Below, piece after piece: positions 60,792-64,000 of a stretch of DNA of 64,000 bases (positions within the stretch are counted from its first letter, which is position 1; every line of letters begins with the position of its first letter). The DNA is taken from contig OZ219926.1 in NCBI GenBank assembly GCA_964291405.2, positions 512,001-576,000 of the forward strand, given 5' to 3'. The DNA is from Thermodesulfobacteriota bacterium (GTDB taxonomy: Bacteria > Desulfobacterota > Binatia > Bin18). The position numbers and the translations under genes were made by a program. The notes below the pieces were generated by a model. The model was not told where the DNA came from. It ran no database searches and saw only the letters and a list, made by a program, of their open reading frames with translations.

Positions 60792-61855
60792 TGGAGCGTC
60801 TCCTCGTTGCCCAGACCGGTTTTCTTGGGGACGTGGTTTTGACTACGCCGCTCCTCAGCACCCTGCGGCGCGAACTCGACCTGGAGTCACTGACCGTCCT
60901 CACCACCCCCCAGGCACAACCGCTCGTCCAAGATCATCCCGCAGTGGACAACGTTCTCGTCGATAGCAAACGCGGGAACGACCGAGGGTTTCGCGGTCTG
61001 CTGCAAACGGCTCGTCGACTCCAACGCCAGCACTTTACGCTAACGGTCGCACCGCATAAATCCTTTCGGACTGCTCTGCTGCTGGCCCTGGCTGGCATTC
61101 CCCACCGTGTTGGATTTCGCCAAAGTCCCGGTTGGTTCTTGTATCATCAGACCGCCCAGCGAGACACCGACCGACACGAAGTTGAACGTATTTTATGCAT
61201 TATGCGGGCCTTCGGTCTTGAGCCCGAATCCTGCGACCGTACACCATATGTCGCCTATCACCCAGCTACCCGGACCAATGTCCAACGATTCTTTGACGAG
61301 GCCCAGATTGCCGCCTCCGACCCGGTGTTTATCGTGTGTCCAGGCTCGGTCTGGTATACAAAACGCTGGACAACGGCAGGCTATAGTGCCTTAGTTCGTT
61401 CGCTGGCACGTAACTACGGACGCGTGGTGTTGTGTGGCGGACCGGATGACGTGCCCATAGCGCAGGAGGTCGAAGATCAGGCCCAGGTGGCGGGCCTGCT
61501 CAACCTTGCTGGTCAGGCCGACCTGCAAACGTTTATGGCTCTCATTGATCGGGCTCGGGTGGTCATTAGCAATGATAGTGCGCCTCTGCACCTTGCCGTT
61601 GCGCGGCAGGTGCCGGTTGTTGCGATCTTTTGTGCGACCACGCCAAGCTTGGGGTACGGCCCGTATAGCGACAATGCGGTAATCGTTGAAGAAAAGGAGT
61701 TGTTTTGTCGCCCCTGCCGTCGGCACGGTGGCCCTTCCTGTCCGCGTGGCACTGAAGAGTGTATGCAACTGGTCACAGCCCACGATGTTCTAAACGGTGT
61801 TGATAGGCTTCTCAAACGATCTGTGCCTCGTACTGTGCAGATAAGCCAGGGCTAG
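60791..61855 (+). CDS. waaF: LPS heptosyltransferase II (GT9)
   Basis: FLGDVVLTTP, PGSVWYTKRW, SNDSAPLHLA, CRPC..HG...CP....CM. Confidence 0.85.
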   Translation: MERLLVAQTGFLGDVVLTTPLLSTLRRELDLESLTVLTTPQAQPLVQDHPAVDNVLVDSKRGNDRGFRGLLQTARRLQRQHFTLTVAPHKSFRTALLLALAGIPHRVGFRQSPGWFLYHQTAQRDTDRHEVERILCIMRAFGLEPESCDRTPYVAYHPATRTNVQRFFDEAQIAASDPVFIVCPGSVWYTKRWTTAGYSALVRSLARNYGRVVLCGGPDDVPIAQEVEDQAQVAGLLNLAGQADLQTFMALIDRARVVISNDSAPLHLAVARQVPVVAIFCATTPSLGYGPYSDNAVIVEEKELFCRPCRRHGGPSCPRGTEECMQLVTAHDVLNGVDRLLKRSVPRTVQISQG

Positions 61856-61865
61856 TAGCGTTCCC

Positions 61866-62189
61866 ATGACACTCCAAGAACGCTTTGCCGCACTCAATGC
61901 CACAACGTCGGCAACCGCCAAAGAATGGGCAAGACAAAACAAGCAGGTTAAATCCTGGCATTTTATCTTTTCCCCTCTTGGCGCATTCTTTTCCTCTTAT
62001 CTTGGCAGGGGCAAGTGGCGACACGGAATGACTGGCTTGACGATAGCGTTGTTCGATTCCTACGCCGTACTTGTCACGTATGCCAAGCTGTGGGAAATTC
62101 AAAACGTACTGACAGATGAGGCCCCTAAACCTCAAGACAGCTCATCCACCTCTTCCAGTCATGCACACTCGGACGCGGCTTCAGGGTAA
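61866..62189 (+). CDS. small protein resembling the C-terminal tail of WaaE/KdtX-type GT2 glycosyltransferases
   Basis: PLGAFFSSY...G..GL.IALFDSY..LVTYAKLWE. Confidence 0.55.
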   Translation: MTLQERFAALNATTSATAKEWARQNKQVKSWHFIFSPLGAFFSSYLGRGKWRHGMTGLTIALFDSYAVLVTYAKLWEIQNVLTDEAPKPQDSSSTSSSHAHSDAASG

Positions 62190-62216
62190 GCTTGCTACGC
62201 ATACATCCCTGGTACG

Positions 62217-62945
62217 ATGTTCGCCATCTTCCGTTCGCTTTCCCCCCCCAAAGGATTTACCGCATATACCACCCCCGGTAGCTGGTGGCTCAAAGACGGC
62301 TACGGGCGGGCACTGTGGGCCGCTCTGGCAAAAATCAAAGACGGTAAGGCTGACCGTCTCCAGGGCGGACGAGGCATAATCCAGCGCGTTCCGTTCGACA
62401 CCCAGAGCCCGGCTATCGTCCGACGCTATCAACGTGGGGGCCTGGTTCGCCATTTTGTGGACGACCTGTATTGGGATCGTCCACCACGCCCCTTTGCAGA
62501 ACTCTGCACGACAGTCATAGCCCACGAGCGTGGTGTTCCGACGGTTGAAGTCCTGGGCGCTGGGGTTGAGTGGCAGTCTTTTGGATTGTATCGAGGAACC
62601 CTCATCACTCGTGAAGCCCAAGGGTTCCTTAACTGGCGGGAATGGCTGCAAACCAAACCGCCAGTTGAGGAACGGCAGGTTGTTACTGACAAAGTCTTGC
62701 AGACGGTCGACACCATGCATGAGCACGGCATCTTTCATGCGGACCTCAACCTTACGAATATTCTCGTTCGGAACGACTCCAGTCAGCACGAGGTGCTCAT
62801 TATCGACTTCGACCGGGCACGCATCTTTCCCACGCCTCTCCCCTCTTCCCATCGCAAACGAAACCTTGCTCGCCTTCGACGATCAATGGCAAAATTTGAC
62901 ACCGAGCAAGAGTTGTTTGAACAAGGAACAACTCTTGAGGTGTAA
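62217..62945 (+). CDS. LPS kinase (KdkA/InaA family)
   Basis: GGRG, RRYQRGG, HADLNLTNIL, IIDFDRA, NLARLRRS. Confidence 0.85.
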   Translation: MFAIFRSLSPPKGFTAYTTPGSWWLKDGYGRALWAALAKIKDGKADRLQGGRGIIQRVPFDTQSPAIVRRYQRGGLVRHFVDDLYWDRPPRPFAELCTTVIAHERGVPTVEVLGAGVEWQSFGLYRGTLITREAQGFLNWREWLQTKPPVEERQVVTDKVLQTVDTMHEHGIFHADLNLTNILVRNDSSQHEVLIIDFDRARIFPTPLPSSHRKRNLARLRRSMAKFDTEQELFEQGTTLEV

Positions 62946-63101
62946 TAGAGGGCTGTCCGACCTATTCCGCCAGGATCAAAAATGATGAGCTCGCTAGGTC
63001 TATCTACCGTGAGAGAGGTCAGAGCCGCTTACGGGCCCAAATTATAGGTTTTCGCCCGGAGCTAGGAGACGAAGGAGCATATTTATTATACCATCCGTAG
63101 C

Positions 63102-64000
63102 GTGACGCGACCCGCTGTTGCTATCCAACCTGATCGCATTCTCATCCTCCTCTTCGGGGCAATTGGGGATGTGACCCGGGCGCTGCCCTTACTCACTCGA
63201 GTCCGGCTGGGCTATCCACAGGCGCACATCGCCTGGGCGGTAGAACCAGCGTCAGCTCCTTTGCTTGAAGCGCACCCTGCCCTCAATGAAATATTGCTCT
63301 ATAACCGGTCTCAAGGGCCTCGGCAGTTTTGGCCCTTTCTCCAAATGATTCGGTCTAAACAGTTTGATCTGGTCCTCGACCTGCAGCGCCATGCCAAGAG
63401 TGGCTTGGTCAGTCTCTGGTCGCGGGCACCGGTTCGGCTGGGGTTTCATCGTCAGAACACCAAAGAAGGCAATTGGCTGTGTAATACACATACGATTGAT
63501 CCCATTCCAGACTTTTCTCTCAAACTTCGACAATATTTACGTTTTGCGGATACTCTGGGTCTGCCCGATGACAGGGTAGTATTTGACCTCCGGCTGCGGG
63601 AGGAAGAAGAGCGCTATATAGACACCTTACTCGCCGATACCCCGCGTCCTTATGTGACCTTTTTTCTTGGCTCGCGATGGCCAAGTCGATTCTGGTTTCC
63701 AACGGCAACCGCTCAGGTGGCACGAACCCTCCAGCAAGAGTATGATATGGGCACAGTGTTGATTGGGGGACCGGGAGAGGTGGTGTTTGCGAGCCAAGTC
63801 AGCGTCGCGCTGGGGGAGGCAAAAGCAACCGATTTGAGTGGGAAAACTAGCCTGCGTGATCTGATTGGCATTTCTTCGCGTACCCGGCTCTGCATTGGAC
63901 CAGATTCAGGCCCCATGCATATTGCCGCAGCAGTTGGAACGCCCGTGATTTCCCTGTGGGGCGCCACAAGCCCTGTCCGCTCGGCACCATGGGGCTCGGA
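63102..64000 (+). CDS. glycosyltransferase family 9 (heptosyltransferase), truncated by the window end
   Basis: Not in the ORF track; GTG at 63102 reads MTRPAVAIQPDRILILLFGAIGDVTRALP; GPDSGPMHIAAAVGTPVISLWG near the end. Confidence 0.88.
   Translation, partial: MTRPAVAIQPDRILILLFGAIGDVTRALPLLTRVRLGYPQAHIAWAVEPASAPLLEAHPALNEILLYNRSQGPRQFWPFLQMIRSKQFDLVLDLQRHAKSGLVSLWSRAPVRLGFHRQNTKEGNWLCNTHTIDPIPDFSLKLRQYLRFADTLGLPDDRVVFDLRLREEEERYIDTLLADTPRPYVTFFLGSRWPSRFWFPTATAQVARTLQQEYDMGTVLIGGPGEVVFASQVSVALGEAKATDLSGKTSLRDLIGISSRTRLCIGPDSGPMHIAAAVGTPVISLWGATSPVRSAPWGS

Noticed and set aside
62946-63101. Possible inserted element or sRNA in the 156 bp gap within the LPS operon
   Set aside because: Only short imperfect inverted matches and no second copy in the window

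Overview
GC-rich (visually about 55-60%) bacterial chromosomal window from a diderm, LPS-producing organism. The gene content is reminiscent of Binatia/Desulfobacterota-like lineages, which is inference only. In order it holds: tRNA-Lys and tRNA-Glu; a DUF1800/DUF1501 pair; acnA; and a ~22 kb envelope-transport locus. That locus encodes DsbA, two MMPL/RND transporters, two DUF1329 proteins, a GldA/F/G-DUF4340-like ABC module, a YCF48-like lipoprotein, and two tandem DUF1302-like outer-membrane genes, each followed by a coiled-coil membrane protein. Next come catabolic enzymes, a probable selenocysteine-containing DsbA/FrnE protein that the ORF track truncates, and tRNA-Pro-surE-iscS-mnmA-mtaB-rnc-pyrD. 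The window ends with fabI, citrate synthase, a laforin/LSF2-like phosphatase, lexA-hemW and a lipid A/Kdo/core LPS operon that runs off the end. Most notable: (i) an AT-rich, multi-hairpin ~112 bp element present twice, tandemly amplified between iscS and mnmA, that supplies the iscS stop codon and apparently the RBS and start codon of mnmA; (ii) the doubled DUF1302/DUF1329/YCF48/MMPL system with an embedded Gld-like ABC transporter and variable Cys-bounded loops; (iii) the UxxC selenoprotein. All family assignments come from motif recognition by eye; no searches were run.
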